The notes: generated by a model not told the origin, from the sequence alone. Counted from the first letter of the stretch, positions 10,582 through 22,481 are shown. The stretch: 64,000 nucleotides of DNA from an uncultured delta proteobacterium (GCA_963845515.1 CAWJSR010000039.1:32001-96000); one strand, 5' to 3'. Numbers and translations are program-made.

Positions 10582-10812
10582 TCAGTCGAGGATGTCGAGC
10601 ACGGCCCGCCGCCCGCTACGGCGCGCGGCGAAGTCCAGGACCGTCCGGAACGCCTTGGCCGTCCTGCCACCCCGCCCGATGACGCGCCCGAGATCGTCGG
10701 GGGCGACGCTCAGCTCGAGCACCGTCGAGCGATCACGCTCGATGGCCTCGACCTGGACGGCGTCCTTCTTCTCGACGAGCTCCCTGGCGAGCCAGAGGAC
10801 GAGATCGCGCAT
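10582..10812 (-). CDS. khpA: KH-domain RNA-binding protein (KhpA/UPF0109)
   Basis: DLGRVIGRGGRTA GxxG loop; sits between rpsP and rimM. Confidence 0.9.
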   Translation of the reverse strand: MRDLVLWLARELVEKKDAVQVEAIERDRSTVLELSVAPDDLGRVIGRGGRTAKAFRTVLDFAARRSGRRAVLDILD

Positions 10813-10819
10813 GCCGAGC

Positions 10820-11086
10820 CTAGGCCTTCTTCTCGGCCTTGTCGGCGGGAACGCCCGCGCGCTTGATCAGCATCGCGACCGTCTGCGACGGGCGCGCGCC
10901 GGCCTTGAGCCAGTGCGTGATCCGCTCGGACTTGAGCTTGATCTGCTCGGGCTTGGTGGTCGGGTCGTACGTCCCGACGTCCTCGAGGTAACGGCCGTCG
11001 CGGGGCTTCCGCGAGTCGGTCGCAACCACGTGATAGAAGGGCGCCTTGTGCGTGCCCGCGCGCGAGAGCCTGAGAACGACCGCCAT
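10820..11086 (-). CDS. rpsP: 30S ribosomal protein S16
   Basis: PFYHVVATDSRKPRDGRYLEDVGTYDP. Confidence 0.98.
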   Translation of the reverse strand: MAVVLRLSRAGTHKAPFYHVVATDSRKPRDGRYLEDVGTYDPTTKPEQIKLKSERITHWLKAGARPSQTVAMLIKRAGVPADKAEKKA

Positions 11087-11185
11087 CGTGTTGCCTCCTG
11101 AATTCCCTGGCGGCCGCCTGAGCGCGCCGAGAGGCGCGCGTGGCCGCGAAAAGTGGGTTCCTTTACGCTACCTTACAAGGGGCTG

Positions 11186-11749
11186 TCAAGGCGTGACGTC
11201 CCGCCCGACCGCCTCCCGATCGACACCCTGCTGCGGCCTCCACTGGCCCGCCCGACTGCCCGGCATCATGCGGGCTCCGACCTCGAAGGCCGCTGCCCCC
11301 AACAGGGCTCCCACGACCCACCCCGCAGCGACGCTCGGTATGCCGTTGCTCCCGAGATAGATGCGGGCCAGCCCGCCCGCCACCGGCAGCGCGACGGCGA
11401 GGACGGACCAGCGGGTACGGTACACCCGAACCGTGTAGAGGGCGAAGGTCGCCGCCCAGAGCGCGTGGCCGCTCGGGACCCCTCGAACGCCCCAGCCCGC
11501 CAGGACACCGACCCTGCCGCACCCGGCCACGATGGCGATCCCAAGGCCGAGCGCCACTGCGAGCGGCAGGAAGGCCTTCAGGACCGACGCAACGTCCCTC
11601 TCCAGCCATGCGTAGGTCGCGAGCGCCAGCAGCGCCAGGACCCAGTGCTCGCACGCCACGGAGAGCGCGGTCGCGGGGGCCAGCCACCACCCCGGGTGGC
11701 CCACCCGCTGGACGGCGTCCAGCGGGTCGTGTGCGAAGAGTGGCGGCAT
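11186..11749 (-). CDS. PAP2-superfamily membrane protein with degenerate motifs
   Basis: Several TM helices, PSGHA motif 2 and an ARIYLG motif-3-like segment; ATG 11749. Confidence 0.6.
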   Translation of the reverse strand: MPPLFAHDPLDAVQRVGHPGWWLAPATALSVACEHWVLALLALATYAWLERDVASVLKAFLPLAVALGLGIAIVAGCGRVGVLAGWGVRGVPSGHALWAATFALYTVRVYRTRWSVLAVALPVAGGLARIYLGSNGIPSVAAGWVVGALLGAAAFEVGARMMPGSRAGQWRPQQGVDREAVGRDVTP

Positions 11750-11825
11750 GCCGGCGGGCTTGGAAAGCACGAAGGCCGCGCACGGTGTCACCGCACGCGG
11801 CCCCCGGGGTTCTCCGCGGGGAGAG

Positions 11826-12294
11826 CTACTTCGCCTCGGCCGCGGCGGTCTTCTTCTTGGCGGCCTTCGGAGCGGCCTTCTTGCGCCTTCTTCTCGGCCT
11901 TCGCCTCGCCCTTGTCCTCGCCCTCGACCGCGCCCTTCTTGCGGTCGACGAGCTCGATCATGGACATGTCGGCGTTGTCGCCGACGCGGCGTCCCACGCG
12001 GATGATCCGCGTGTAGCCACCGGGGCGGGTCTTGAACCGCTCCGCCACGTCACCGAAGAGCTTCGCGAGGATCGCCGGGCTCTTGACGTCGACCGCGGCG
12101 GTCCGGCGCGCGTGGGGCGTGCCCTTCTTGCCGAGCGTGATGATCTTGTCGACGAAGCGCTTCAGCTCCTTCGCCTTCGGAGTGGTGGTCTTGATCCGCT
12201 CGTGCTCGAGCAGGGAGGTCACGAGGTTCCGCAGCATGGCCGTGCGGTGCTCGGTGGTACGGTCGAGGCGGCGGCCGACGACGCGATGCTTCAT
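11826..12294 (-). CDS. rplQ: 50S ribosomal protein L17, with an apparent frameshift at about 11883 in the Lys/Ala tail
   Basis: [22 protein letters not shown] and RPGGYTRI. The natural-looking tail [18 protein letters not shown] lies in another frame ending at TAG 11826. Confidence 0.95.
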
Positions 12295-12324
12295 TTGGTA
12301 GGTCTCCTGTCCTGAGTGCTAGCG

Positions 12325-13341
<1,017 letters not shown>

Positions 13342-13469
13342 GGGCTGTCTCCTTCGCCGCCGCCCCCTCCCCCGGTCCGCTCAGCCAGGGCGGCGGGAGA
13401 TCCGTGAGGCGCGCAGCGCGGTGAAGAGAGGCGGGCCCGGGTACGGGCCCGCCTCGAGGGAAGCTGCGG

Positions 13470-14096
13470 CTACTTCGAGTAGAGCTCGACGATGAGCTGT
13501 TCCTGGACCGGCATGGTGATGTCCTCGCGCGACGGGAGGGCCTTCACCGTGCCCTTGAAGCCGGCCTTGTCGAGGTCGAGCCACGCAGGGACGCCGCGGC
13601 GCTCGACGGCCTCGATCGCCTCGGCGATCCTGGCGACCTTCTTCGAGCGCTCCTTGAGGTCGATGACGTCGCCCGAGCGGACCGAGTAGCTGGGGATGTT
13701 CACCTTGCGGCCGTTCACGCGGAAGTGGCCGTGGCGGACGAGCTGGCGCGCCTCGTTGCGGGTGTCGGCGAAGCCGAGCCGGAACGCGACGTTGTCGAGC
13801 CTGAGCTCGAGCGCCTGCAGGAGGTTCTCGCCGGTCTTGCCCTTGGCGGCGGCGGCGTCGTGGTACGCGTGGCGGAAGCCCGCCTCGAGCACGCCGTACA
13901 TCCGCTTGACCTTCTGCTTCTCACGAAGCTGGACGCCGTACTCGGAGAACTTGACGCGCGCCTGGCCGTGCTGGCCCGGCGGGTAAGGGCGGCGCTCGAT
14001 GGCGCACTTGTCCGTGTAGCAACGGTCGCCCTTGAGGTACATCTTGAGGTTCTCCCGGCGGCAAAGCCGGCAGACGCTATCGCTGTAACGAGCCAC
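13470..14096 (-). CDS. rpsD: 30S ribosomal protein S4 (Cys-containing type)
   Basis: CRLCRRE...C...[13 protein letters not shown] and ARQLVRHGH motifs. Confidence 0.99.
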   Translation of the reverse strand: MARYSDSVCRLCRRENLKMYLKGDRCYTDKCAIERRPYPPGQHGQARVKFSEYGVQLREKQKVKRMYGVLEAGFRHAYHDAAAAKGKTGENLLQALELRLDNVAFRLGFADTRNEARQLVRHGHFRVNGRKVNIPSYSVRSGDVIDLKERSKKVARIAEAIEAVERRGVPAWLDLDKAGFKGTVKALPSREDITMPVQEQLIVELYSK

Positions 14097-14114
14097 TGTG
14101 TCTCTCCTCGAAAC

Positions 14115-14603
14115 TCAGACGCGGCGGCGCTTGGGCGGCCGGCAACCGTTGTGGGGGATCGGCGTCACGTCACGGATGATCGTGACCTTGAGACCAGCGG
14201 ACGACAGCGCACGCAGCGCAGACTCGCGCCCCGCGCCCGGCCCGGTGACCAGGACCGACACCGTCTTCAGCCCGTGCTCCATCGCCTTCGCCGCTGCGTC
14301 GCCAGCCGCGACCTGCGCGGCGAACGGCGTCGACTTGCGCGAGCCCTTGAAGCCGCGCGCGCCAGCGCTCGACCACGAGAGGACGTTCCCGCTCGCGTCG
14401 GTGATGGTGATCATCGTGTTGTTGAACGTCGCGTTGATGTAGACCACGCCGGTCGCGATGTTCTTCTTCACCCGCTTCTTCCCCTTCTTCGGGGTCACGG
14501 GCGAGGCGGTGACCGGCTCGATGCCGGTGAGGTTGGGCACCGTGGGAGCGGCGGCCTCCTCCTTCTTCGGGGCTTTCTCGGTCGTCTGCTTCTCGTCAGC
14601 CAC
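14115..14603 (-). CDS. rpsK: 30S ribosomal protein S11 with N-terminal extension
   Basis: [25 protein letters not shown] and [15 protein letters not shown] motifs. Confidence 0.98.
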   Translation of the reverse strand: MADEKQTTEKAPKKEEAAAPTVPNLTGIEPVTASPVTPKKGKKRVKKNIATGVVYINATFNNTMITITDASGNVLSWSSAGARGFKGSRKSTPFAAQVAAGDAAAKAMEHGLKTVSVLVTGPGAGRESALRALSSAGLKVTIIRDVTPIPHNGCRPPKRRRV

Positions 14604-14660
14604 TCGTGATTCTCCGTGAGGTGATCGCCCGGCGCGAGGCCCGGCTATCGTTCGAGTTCG

Positions 14661-15050
14661 CTACCTGGGCGCCGGCGCGGCGGAGGGGGCCTTGCGCACG
14701 AGCCCCTTCTTGGGACCCTTGCGCGTGCGCGCGTTCGTGTGCGTGCGCTGCCCGCGGACCGGGAGCCCCTTGCGATGGCGGAGCCCGCGGTAGCAGGCGA
14801 GGTCCATCAGCCGCTTGATGTTCATCGAGACTTCGCGGCGGAGATCGCCCTCCACCTTCGTGATCTGGTCGATCGTCTCGCGGAGCCGGCGGGTCTCGTC
14901 GTCCGTGAGATCCTTGGTCCGGGTCACGGGGTTGATCCCCGCCTTCTCGACGATCAGCTTCGCGGTGGTCTGACCGATTCCGTAGATGTACGTGAGCGCG
15001 ATCTCGACCCGCTTCTCACGGGGAAGGTCGACGCCAGCGATGCGAGCCAT
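14661..15050 (-). CDS. rpsM: 30S ribosomal protein S13
   Basis: [10 protein letters not shown] and [26 protein letters not shown]. Confidence 0.99.
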   Translation of the reverse strand: MARIAGVDLPREKRVEIALTYIYGIGQTTAKLIVEKAGINPVTRTKDLTDDETRRLRETIDQITKVEGDLRREVSMNIKRLMDLACYRGLRHRKGLPVRGQRTHTNARTRKGPKKGLVRKAPSAAPAPR

Positions 15051-15075
15051 TCTTCTCTCCGAACCTGCGCGGGCG

Positions 15076-15192
15076 TTAGCCCTGGCGCTGCTTGTGGCGG
15101 GGGTTGGCCGCGCAGATGACCCGCACGGTGCCCTTGCGCTTGATGACCTTGCACTTCTCGCAAATCTTCTTGACTGACGCGCGGACCTTCAT
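15076..15192 (-). CDS. rpmJ: 50S ribosomal protein L36 (Zn-ribbon type), absent from the ORF track
   Basis: Manual translation [38 protein letters not shown], preceded by a GGAGG RBS. Confidence 0.97.
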   Translation of the reverse strand: MKVRASVKKICEKCKVIKRKGTVRVICAANPRHKQRQG

Positions 15193-15353
15193 GACCGACG
15201 CCTCCAGGAAATACGCGAAACCATTGAGACGAAAATCCCCGCCCTTGCTCCCGGCGGGAACGGCGGCTGGAGAGCTTCTCTCCTCCCTAGCCGCCCGGAT
15301 TCTCCGGGCTTTCCCGGAATGCCGCCCTCTTTCGAGAGGGGCGCGAAGCGCGC

Positions 15354-15382
15354 CTCATAGCACGCCCACCCCTGCGGTGCAA
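15354..15382 (-). promoter_or_regulatory. Putative internal sigma70 promoter for the rpmJ-alpha operon
   Basis: TTGCAC-17 nt-TATGAG with an extended -10 TG, immediately after the map stop codon. Confidence 0.45.
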
Positions 15383-16156
15383 CTACGGCCCGTCCCCCGT
15401 GAGGATCTCGGGCCCCTCTGCGGTGATGACAATGGTGTGCTCGAAGTGAGCCGACAACTGACCATCTGCGGTCACCGCCGTCCAGCCATCCCCCAGGAGA
15501 GTGGTTTCCGGGGTCCCGGCGTTTACCATGGGCTCGATGGCCAATACCATCCCCGGCAGCAGGAGGTCGCCGGTTCCGGGCTTGCCATAGTTCGGGACGT
15601 GCGGCGGCTCGTGGAGATTCCTGCCGATCCCGTGCCCGACGAAATCGCGAACTACCGAGAATCCCTCGGCTTCCGCGTAGTCCTGGACCGCCGCGCCGAT
15701 GTCCCCTACCCGCTTGCCCGGCTGCGCCGCGCGGATGGCCTTCGCGAGCGCCTCGCGCGTGACGTCGAGCAGACGCTGGGCCTTGGAGTCGATCGCGCCG
15801 ACGCCGACCGAGAGCGCGGCGTCGCCGAAGAACCCGTTCAGGACCGCCCCGAAGTCGATCCCCACGATGTCCCCCTCCTTCAGCACGCGCGCCTCGCTGG
15901 GGATGCCGTGGACGATCTCGTCGTTGACGGAGATGCAGGCCGAGGCCGGATAGCCGCGATAGCCGAGGAAGGCAGGCGCGGCGCCCCGCGCCCTCGTCGC
16001 CTCCTCGGCGAGCCGATCGAGCTCGCCGGTCGAGATGCCCGGCCGAACCGCGTCACGGAGCAGCCCCAGGACTTCGCTGACGACGCGGCACGCCGCGCGG
16101 ATGCGGGCGACCTCGTCGCGCGACTTCAGGTCGAACCGCCTCCCAGCGCGCGCCAA
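15383..16156 (-). CDS. map: Methionine aminopeptidase type I
   Basis: SVNDEIVHGIP, FVGHGIG..LHEPP, AIEPMVNAG and SAHFEHT motifs; probable TTG start at 16156. Confidence 0.96.
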   Translation of the reverse strand: MARAGRRFDLKSRDEVARIRAACRVVSEVLGLLRDAVRPGISTGELDRLAEEATRARGAAPAFLGYRGYPASACISVNDEIVHGIPSEARVLKEGDIVGIDFGAVLNGFFGDAALSVGVGAIDSKAQRLLDVTREALAKAIRAAQPGKRVGDIGAAVQDYAEAEGFSVVRDFVGHGIGRNLHEPPHVPNYGKPGTGDLLLPGMVLAIEPMVNAGTPETTLLGDGWTAVTADGQLSAHFEHTIVITAEGPEILTGDGP

Positions 16157-16164
16157 CGTGCCGC

Positions 16165-16809
16165 TCAGCGCCCGAGGATCCGGCGCGTCGCCGTGAGGAT
16201 CGCGTCCGGCGCGCCGGCGCCGTCGAGCACCGAGACGAGCCCACGGTCGGAGTAGAAGGCCTTCAGCGGCTCGGTCTTGGCCGTGTACTCCTGCATCCGC
16301 TTCCGCACGTTCTCGGGCTTGTCGTCCTCGCGGAGGACGAGCGCGGTGCCGTCGCGATCGCAGATCCCTGCCTGCCTGGGCGGGGTCGCGGTGACGTGGT
16401 AGACCGCGCCGCACTTCGGGCAGCTGCGGCGGCCGGAGATCCGCTCGACCAGCGCCTCCTCGGCCACCTCGTAGGAGAGCGCGCGGCTGATGGAGCGCCC
16501 CATGGAGCCCAGGAGCTCGTCCAGGAACTGCGCCTGGGCGCGGGTCCGGGGGTAGCCGTCGAGGATGCAGCCAGCGGCGCAGTCGGGCCGGGCGAGCCTC
16601 TCCTTCACCATCGCGTTGGTGATGTCGTCCGTGACGAGCCCGCCGGCGTCCATGATCGCCTGGATCTGCTTGCCGATCTCGGTGGCGCGCGCCTTGTGGT
16701 CCCGGAACATGTCGCCGGTGGAGATGTGGGGGATGCGCAGCTCCGCGGTGAGGAGCTTCGCCTGGGTTCCCTTGCCGGCACCCGGAGGGCCGAGCAGCAC
16801 GAGGATCAT
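16165..16809 (-). CDS. adk: Adenylate kinase with Zn-lid
   Basis: GPPGAGKGTQ, HISTGDMFR, LDGYPRT and a CPKC...CDRD lid. Confidence 0.98.
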   Translation of the reverse strand: MILVLLGPPGAGKGTQAKLLTAELRIPHISTGDMFRDHKARATEIGKQIQAIMDAGGLVTDDITNAMVKERLARPDCAAGCILDGYPRTRAQAQFLDELLGSMGRSISRALSYEVAEEALVERISGRRSCPKCGAVYHVTATPPRQAGICDRDGTALVLREDDKPENVRKRMQEYTAKTEPLKAFYSDRGLVSVLDGAGAPDAILTATRRILGR

Positions 16810-16868
16810 CTTGGTCTCTCCCTTCGAGACACGAAGGCCCGCCGGTCGGCGGGCCCAGGTGCGGCTGC

Positions 16869-18209
16869 TTAGGCGCCGGCCGTCTGGCCGGACATGATGC
16901 GCCGGCCGCGGATGCGCGGGCCCCGCGGGCCGGTGAACCCCTCGTAGTGACGGGTGATGAGGTGACCCTCGATCTGCTGGACGGTGTCCAGCGCCACGCC
17001 GACGACGATGAGGAGCGAGGTGCCGCCGAAGAAGAAGTTCACGCCGAACTCGTTGGCGATGAACGTCGGGAGCACGCAGATGGCGGCCAGGTACATCGCG
17101 CCGCCGAAGGTGATCCGGGACAGCACGAAGTCGATGTAGTCGGCCGTCTTCTGGCCCGGCCGGATGCCCGGGATGTAGCCGCCGTACTTCTTGAGGTTGT
17201 CGGCGACGTCGACCGGGTTGAAGGTCACCGCCGTGTAGAAGTAGGCGAAGAACACGATCAGGAGGACGTAGAGCGTGTTGTAGACCCAGCCGCCCGCCTG
17301 GAGCGCGTCGGAGACCCGCTGCAGGAACGGGAACCAGCCGGAGAGCGTCGCCGGGAAGAGGAGCAGCGAGCTCGCGAAGATCGGCGGGATGACGCCCGAG
17401 GTGTTGACCTTGAGCGGCAGGTGGGTCGACTGGCCGCCGTAGAGCCGGCGACCGACCACCCGCTTCGCGTACTGGATCGGGATGCGGCGCTGCCCGCGCT
17501 CGACGAAGACGATGAGCCCGATCACCACCACCATGAGGGCCACGAGGACCAGCAGCCCGAGCTCGGAGAGGTTCGACCCCGCCTTGCCGAAGTTCGCGAA
17601 GGTCCGGATGACCGCGTCCGGGATCCTGGCCACGATGCCTGCGAAGATGATGAGCGAGATCCCGTTGCCGATGCCGCGCTCGGTGATCTGCTCGCCCATC
17701 CACATGATGAAGGCGGTCCCCGCCGCGAGCGAGATGACCGTCATGAGCCGGAAGCCGATCCCCGGGTCCGAGACGACCGAGATGCCCTGGGAGTCGCGGA
17801 GGGACTCCAGGTAGCCGGCGATGCCGTACCCCTGGACTGCGGAGAGGACGACGGTGCCGTAGCGCGTGTACTGCGTGATCTTGCGCTGCCCCATCTCCCC
17901 TTCCTTCTTCAGCTGCTCGAGCGTCGGGACGACGACCGTGAGCAGCTGGAGGATGATGGAGGCCGACACGTACGGCATGATGCCGAGCGCGAAGATGGAG
18001 AGCTGCTCGAGTGCGCCGCCGCTGAAGAGGTTGAAGAGCGAGAGCAGACCGCCGGTCTGCGCCAGGACGCTCTTCATCGCCTCGCGATTCACGCCTGGCG
18101 TGGTCACGAAGATGCCGAGGCGGTAGATCGCCAGCATCCCCAGCGTGAAGAGGAGCCGCTTCCGCAGCTCCTCGATCCGGAACATGTTCGCGAGCCCGCT
18201 CGTCGCCAT
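16869..18209 (-). CDS. secY: Preprotein translocase SecY
   Basis: [40 protein letters not shown] and [15 protein letters not shown] motifs. Confidence 0.99.
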   Translation of the reverse strand: MATSGLANMFRIEELRKRLLFTLGMLAIYRLGIFVTTPGVNREAMKSVLAQTGGLLSLFNLFSGGALEQLSIFALGIMPYVSASIILQLLTVVVPTLEQLKKEGEMGQRKITQYTRYGTVVLSAVQGYGIAGYLESLRDSQGISVVSDPGIGFRLMTVISLAAGTAFIMWMGEQITERGIGNGISLIIFAGIVARIPDAVIRTFANFGKAGSNLSELGLLVLVALMVVVIGLIVFVERGQRRIPIQYAKRVVGRRLYGGQSTHLPLKVNTSGVIPPIFASSLLLFPATLSGWFPFLQRVSDALQAGGWVYNTLYVLLIVFFAYFYTAVTFNPVDVADNLKKYGGYIPGIRPGQKTADYIDFVLSRITFGGAMYLAAICVLPTFIANEFGVNFFFGGTSLLIVVGVALDTVQQIEGHLITRHYEGFTGPRGPRIRGRRIMSGQTAGA

Positions 18210-18265
18210 GCGCACCCCTTGTCGGCGCGGCGCACGCCGCCGCCGCGCTCGCCTTCAACCGACTG

Positions 18266-18769
18266 CTACGCCTTGGCCTTGGCGCTCGCCGCCCGCTTGG
18301 CGGCCTTCTCGGCCTGGTACTTCGTCACGGGGGCCGGGATGAGCTCGATCTTGCCGCCGGCCTTCTCGATCGCCGCGCGCGCGCCAGCCGTGACCCGGTG
18401 AACCTTGACGCTCACCGCGCTCTTGAGCTCGCCGCCCGCGAGGATCACGACCGCATCCGCCGCCTTGCCGACGAGCCCCGCCGCCTTCATCGCGGCAGGA
18501 TCGACGATCCCCTGGAGCCCGTCGAGATCGCCCGCCCTGACCTCGGCGAACTCACGGCGGTGGATGTTGTTGAAGCCGAACTTCGGAAGGCGCCGCTGCA
18601 GCGGCATCTGGCCGCCTTCGAAGCCTTCGAAGCGCATGTTGCCGGAGCGGGCCTTCTGGCCCTTGCCGCCGCGGCCGGCCGTCTTGCCGAGACCGGACGC
18701 CTGCCCACGGCCGACGCGCTTGCGAACCTTGGTCGCGCCCTTGGGCACGCTGAGCTTGTTCAGAGACAT
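18266..18769 (-). CDS. rplO: 50S ribosomal protein L15
   Basis: GKTAGRGGKGQKARSG and FEGGQMPLQRRLPKFGF. Confidence 0.98.
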   Translation of the reverse strand: MSLNKLSVPKGATKVRKRVGRGQASGLGKTAGRGGKGQKARSGNMRFEGFEGGQMPLQRRLPKFGFNNIHRREFAEVRAGDLDGLQGIVDPAAMKAAGLVGKAADAVVILAGGELKSAVSVKVHRVTAGARAAIEKAGGKIELIPAPVTKYQAEKAAKRAASAKAKA

Positions 18770-18805
18770 GATGAGGTGACTCCTTTTATCACGCGGGGTG
18801 CGCGG

Positions 18806-19039
18806 CTACGAGCGCGCGGCCTTCGCCTTGCGGGCCTTGCGGCCGATCGGCGCGGGGGCGTCGACCTTCTCCCACTCGATGAGGTACGCGACCTTCTCGA
18901 TCATCCCCATGGTCTGGGGCGTGTCCGGGAGGATCTTCGTGGAATTGGTCTTCTTGAGGCCGAGCCCCTGGACCGTGATCCGCTGGCCCGCGGGAACGCC
19001 CGCGAGCCCCCTGATGAGCTTCACCTTGATGGCAGCCAT
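18806..19039 (-). CDS. rpmD: 50S ribosomal protein L30
   Basis: IKVKLIRG...TVQGLGLKK...GMIEKVAYLI; canonical position. Confidence 0.93.
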   Translation of the reverse strand: MAAIKVKLIRGLAGVPAGQRITVQGLGLKKTNSTKILPDTPQTMGMIEKVAYLIEWEKVDAPAPIGRKARKAKAARS

Positions 19040-19057
19040 CGATTAGTTCCTTCCTAG

Positions 19058-19564
19058 CTAGGCGCCCGTGATCTCGGCGACCTGCTTGCCGCGCAGGCGG
19101 GCAACGTCCTCGACGTTGCGAAGCCGCTTGAGGCCGGCGACCGTCGCCTTCAGGACGTTGTGCGGGTTCCGGGAACCCTGGCACTTGGTGAGCACGTTGC
19201 GGATGCCGGCCGACTCGAGGACGGCGCGAACGGCGCCGCCGGCGATGACGCCGGTACCCTCACCGGCCGGCTTGAGGAGCACCTTGCCGGCGCCGAAGAC
19301 CCCGATGACCTCGTGCGGGATCGTCGTGCCGATCATCGGCACCCTGAAGAGGTTCTTCTTCGCCTGGTCGCCACCCTTGCGGATGGCCTCAGGGACCTCG
19401 TTCGCCTTGCCGAGGCCGACGCCGACATGACCCTGGCCGTCACCGACGACGACCAGCGCCGAGAAGCTGAAGCGGCGGCCGCCCTTCACGACCTTGGCGA
19501 CGCGGTTGATGTGGACCACTCGGTCCGTAAGCTCGAGCTCGTTCGCGTTGATGGGAGTAGCCAT
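19058..19564 (-). CDS. rpsE: 30S ribosomal protein S5
   Basis: [23 protein letters not shown]. Confidence 0.99.
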   Translation of the reverse strand: MATPINANELELTDRVVHINRVAKVVKGGRRFSFSALVVVGDGQGHVGVGLGKANEVPEAIRKGGDQAKKNLFRVPMIGTTIPHEVIGVFGAGKVLLKPAGEGTGVIAGGAVRAVLESAGIRNVLTKCQGSRNPHNVLKATVAGLKRLRNVEDVARLRGKQVAEITGA

Positions 19565-19588
19565 TCGTTCTCCGTGTTCCCGTCGGGC

Positions 19589-19948
19589 CTAGAACTCGAG
19601 GCCCGCGTCGCGCGCTGCTGCGGCAACCGCCTCGATACGGCCGTGGTAGTCGAAACCGTTCCGGTCGAACACGGCCCGGGTGATCCCCTTCGCCGCCGCC
19701 GCCTTGGCGAGCGCGGCGCCGACCTTCTTGGCGGCCTCGGACTTGTCGGCGTCGCCGACCTCGCCCTTGAGCGCCTTCGCGGTCGTGCTCATGCTCACCA
19801 GGGTCTTCCCGGCGACGTCGTCCACTAGCTGGGCGTACATGTGCTTGAGGCTCTTGTAGACGGTGAGGCGCGGACGCTCCGCGGTGCCGCTGATCTTCCT
19901 GCGGATGCGGGCCTTGCGCTTCTCGCGCGGCGTGACGTGCTTTGCCAT
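19589..19948 (-). CDS. rplR: 50S ribosomal protein L18
   Basis: [13 protein letters not shown] and [13 protein letters not shown]. Confidence 0.98.
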   Translation of the reverse strand: MAKHVTPREKRKARIRRKISGTAERPRLTVYKSLKHMYAQLVDDVAGKTLVSMSTTAKALKGEVGDADKSEAAKKVGAALAKAAAAKGITRAVFDRNGFDYHGRIEAVAAAARDAGLEF

Positions 19949-20008
19949 GATCTCTCTCCTCCTTGCGGCGGCGGTGGGTCAGCCGCCGCATGAGCGGGTT
20001 AGTGCCGG

Positions 20009-20551
20009 TTAGGCGGCGCCGGTCTTGCCTTCCTTGCGCCGCACGATCTCCTCCGCGTACTTGATGCCCTTGCCCTTGTAGGGCTCGGGCTCGCGGAGGC
20101 CGCGGATCTTCGCCGCGGTCAGGCCGAGCAGGTGCTTGTCGACGCCCCTGACCGTGAGGCGGGTCTGCTTGGGATCGACCTCGGCGGTGATCCCCTCGGG
20201 CAGCTTGTAGACGACGGGGTGCGAGAAGCCGAGGGCGAAGTGGATGTCCTTGCCCTTGACCTCCGCCTTGAAGCCGACGCCGCTGATCTCGAGGACCCGC
20301 TCGTAGCCCTTGGAGACGCCGTCGATGGCGTTGCGCACCAGGGTGCGGGTCAGGCCGTGGAGCCCACGGGCCAGCCGGCTATCGTCCGGGCGGAGGACCT
20401 TCACCTCGCCGGTGCCGACCTCGACCTTCATGATGGCGTTGAAGGGCATGGTCATCTTGCCCTTCGGCCCCTCGACCTTGAGCACGTTCCCGGCGACGGA
20501 GACCTTCACCTTCTCCGGGATCTTGATTGGAAGCTTGCCGATTCGAGACAT
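20009..20551 (-). CDS. rplF: 50S ribosomal protein L6
   Basis: MSRIGKLPI, LGFSHPV and PEPYKGKGIKY. Confidence 0.99.
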   Translation of the reverse strand: MSRIGKLPIKIPEKVKVSVAGNVLKVEGPKGKMTMPFNAIMKVEVGTGEVKVLRPDDSRLARGLHGLTRTLVRNAIDGVSKGYERVLEISGVGFKAEVKGKDIHFALGFSHPVVYKLPEGITAEVDPKQTRLTVRGVDKHLLGLTAAKIRGLREPEPYKGKGIKYAEEIVRRKEGKTGAA

Positions 20552-20562
20552 GGACGGCTCCG

Positions 20563-20961
20563 TTACCAGACGGTGCAGATGAGCTCGCCGCCCACCTGCT
20601 GCTTGCGAGCCTCGCGATCGACCAGGACCCCCTTCGAGGTCGAGAGGATCGCGATACCCATGCCGTTCAGCACGCGCGGAATCTCGTCTGTCGAGACGTA
20701 GCGGCGGAGCCCGGGCTTCGAGACTCGCTTGATGTCGCTGATCGCGGGTTCGCGATCAGCGCTGTATTTCAGGAGGACCGTGATGGCCCCCTGTGGGCCG
20801 TCCTGGTGGACGACGAAGTCCTTGATGAACCCTTCGTCGCGCAGCACCTCGGCGATCCGGACCTTGAGCCGGGACGCCGGGACCAGCACCTTTTCATGAC
20901 GCGCCGCGGAAGCATTCCGGATGCGCGTCAGCATGTCGCCAATGGGGTCGGTGAAGCTCAT
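20563..20961 (-). CDS. rpsH: 30S ribosomal protein S8
   Basis: [14 protein letters not shown] and SKPGLRRY. Confidence 0.99.
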   Translation of the reverse strand: MSFTDPIGDMLTRIRNASAARHEKVLVPASRLKVRIAEVLRDEGFIKDFVVHQDGPQGAITVLLKYSADREPAISDIKRVSKPGLRRYVSTDEIPRVLNGMGIAILSTSKGVLVDREARKQQVGGELICTVW

Positions 20962-20976
20962 TCTCTCGATCTCCCT

Positions 20977-21162
20977 CTACCAGCTCGACTTGATGACGCC
21001 CGGGATCTCGCCCTGGAGCGCGCGCTTGCGGAAGCAGATGCGGCACATCTGGAACTTGCGCAGGAAGGCGCGAGGGCGGCCGCAGATCGGGCAGCGGTTG
21101 TACTGCCGCACCGGAAACTTCAGCTTGCGCTTCGCCTGCGCCATCTTGGAAAGCTTGGCCAT
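20977..21162 (-). CDS. rpsN: 30S ribosomal protein S14, type Z (short, Zn-binding)
   Basis: 61 aa with CPICGR...CRIC. Confidence 0.97.
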   Translation of the reverse strand: MAKLSKMAQAKRKLKFPVRQYNRCPICGRPRAFLRKFQMCRICFRKRALQGEIPGVIKSSW

Positions 21163-21186
21163 GGTTTCTCCTCGTGGGTTCCGACG

Positions 21187-21735
21187 CTACTGGCGGAACG
21201 GCATGCCGAGGAGGCGCAGCAGCGCGCGCCCTTCCTCGTCGTTCCGGGCGGTCGTAACCACGGTGATGTTCAGCCCCTTGATCTTCTCGATCTTGTCGTA
21301 GTTGATCTCGGGGAAGATGATCTGCTCGCGCAGCCCGAGCGTGTAGTTGCCCTTGCCGTCGAAAGCCTTCGGCGACACGCCCTTGAAGTCACGGACGCGC
21401 GGCAGCGCGATCGAGACCAGACGGTCGAAGAACTCGTACATCCTGTCGCCGCGGAGGGTCACCATCGCACCGATGCTCTGGCCCTGACGCAGCTTGAAGT
21501 TCGCGATCGACTTGCGCGCCTTGGTCACCACCGGCTTCTGGCCCGTGATTGCGGCGAGCTGCTCCACCGATGCGTCGATGATCTTGCCGTTGTTGATCGC
21601 CTCGCCCAGCCCCATGTTGACGACGATCTTCTCCAGGCGGGGAGCCTGCATCGGGTTGGCCCACCCGAACTCCTTCAGGAGCTCGGGGAGGAGTTCCTTC
21701 TCGAATCTGTCCTTGAGCCGCGCTGCCATCTTCAT
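21187..21735 (-). CDS. rplE: 50S ribosomal protein L5
   Basis: [21 protein letters not shown] and EQIIFPEI. Confidence 0.99.
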   Translation of the reverse strand: MKMAARLKDRFEKELLPELLKEFGWANPMQAPRLEKIVVNMGLGEAINNGKIIDASVEQLAAITGQKPVVTKARKSIANFKLRQGQSIGAMVTLRGDRMYEFFDRLVSIALPRVRDFKGVSPKAFDGKGNYTLGLREQIIFPEINYDKIEKIKGLNITVVTTARNDEEGRALLRLLGMPFRQ

Positions 21736-21792
21736 CTCCTTGCCTTCGTCCGGCGCCTGCGCTGCCGGGCGATGCGAACCTGCGTTCGGTTG

Positions 21793-22110
21793 CTACTTGG
21801 CCGCGCGCTTGTCGGCGCGGGCCTTTTCCCTGGCCCCCAGCTCGCGCGCGATCTTCTCGCGCCGGACCGGCTTGCCATCCTTGCCGACGACCATCACGTT
21901 GGAGATCTCGATGGAGCCGATCTTCTCGATGATGCCGCCCTCCTGATTCGCCTGGCTGCGGCCGCGCTTGAGGTGCCGCTTGGCCTTCATCAGCCCTTCG
22001 ACGCGGACGCGACCCTTCGCGGCCAGCACCTCGAGGACCGTGCCGGTGTTGCCACGCTCCTGGCCGGCGATGACCTTGACCTTGTCGCCCTTGCGGATCG
22101 TGGTGGCCAT
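21793..22110 (-). CDS. rplX: 50S ribosomal protein L24
   Basis: KOW motif IRKGDKVKVIAG and GGIIEK..I.ISNV. Confidence 0.96.
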   Translation of the reverse strand: MATTIRKGDKVKVIAGQERGNTGTVLEVLAAKGRVRVEGLMKAKRHLKRGRSQANQEGGIIEKIGSIEISNVMVVGKDGKPVRREKIARELGAREKARADKRAAK

Positions 22111-22478
22111 TAGAGGACCTCCGGCGCGAGGCTGATGATCTTCATGAACTTGCGGGCGCGGAGCTCGCGTGCGACCGGCCCGAAGATGCGGGTGCCGATC
22201 GGCTCGAGATCCTTGTTGATGAGGACGGCGCTGTTCCCGTCGAACCGGATGTAGCTGCCATCCGGCCGCTGGACCTCGCGCGCCGTGCGGACGATGACCG
22301 CCCGGGCGACCTCGCCCTTCTTCACCTTGGCCTGCGGGATCGCCTCTCGCACCGACACCACGATGACGTCACCGATGCTCGCGTACCTGCGGCGGCTGCC
22401 GCCGAGCACCTTGATGCACATCACCTTCTTGGCGCCGGAGTTGTCGGCGACGTCGAGGATCGTCTGTTGCTGGATCAT
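22110..22478 (-). CDS. rplN: 50S ribosomal protein L14
   Basis: [18 protein letters not shown] and [12 protein letters not shown]. Confidence 0.99.
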   Translation of the reverse strand: MIQQQTILDVADNSGAKKVMCIKVLGGSRRRYASIGDVIVVSVREAIPQAKVKKGEVARAVIVRTAREVQRPDGSYIRFDGNSAVLINKDLEPIGTRIFGPVARELRARKFMKIISLAPEVL

Positions 22479-22481
22479 GGG

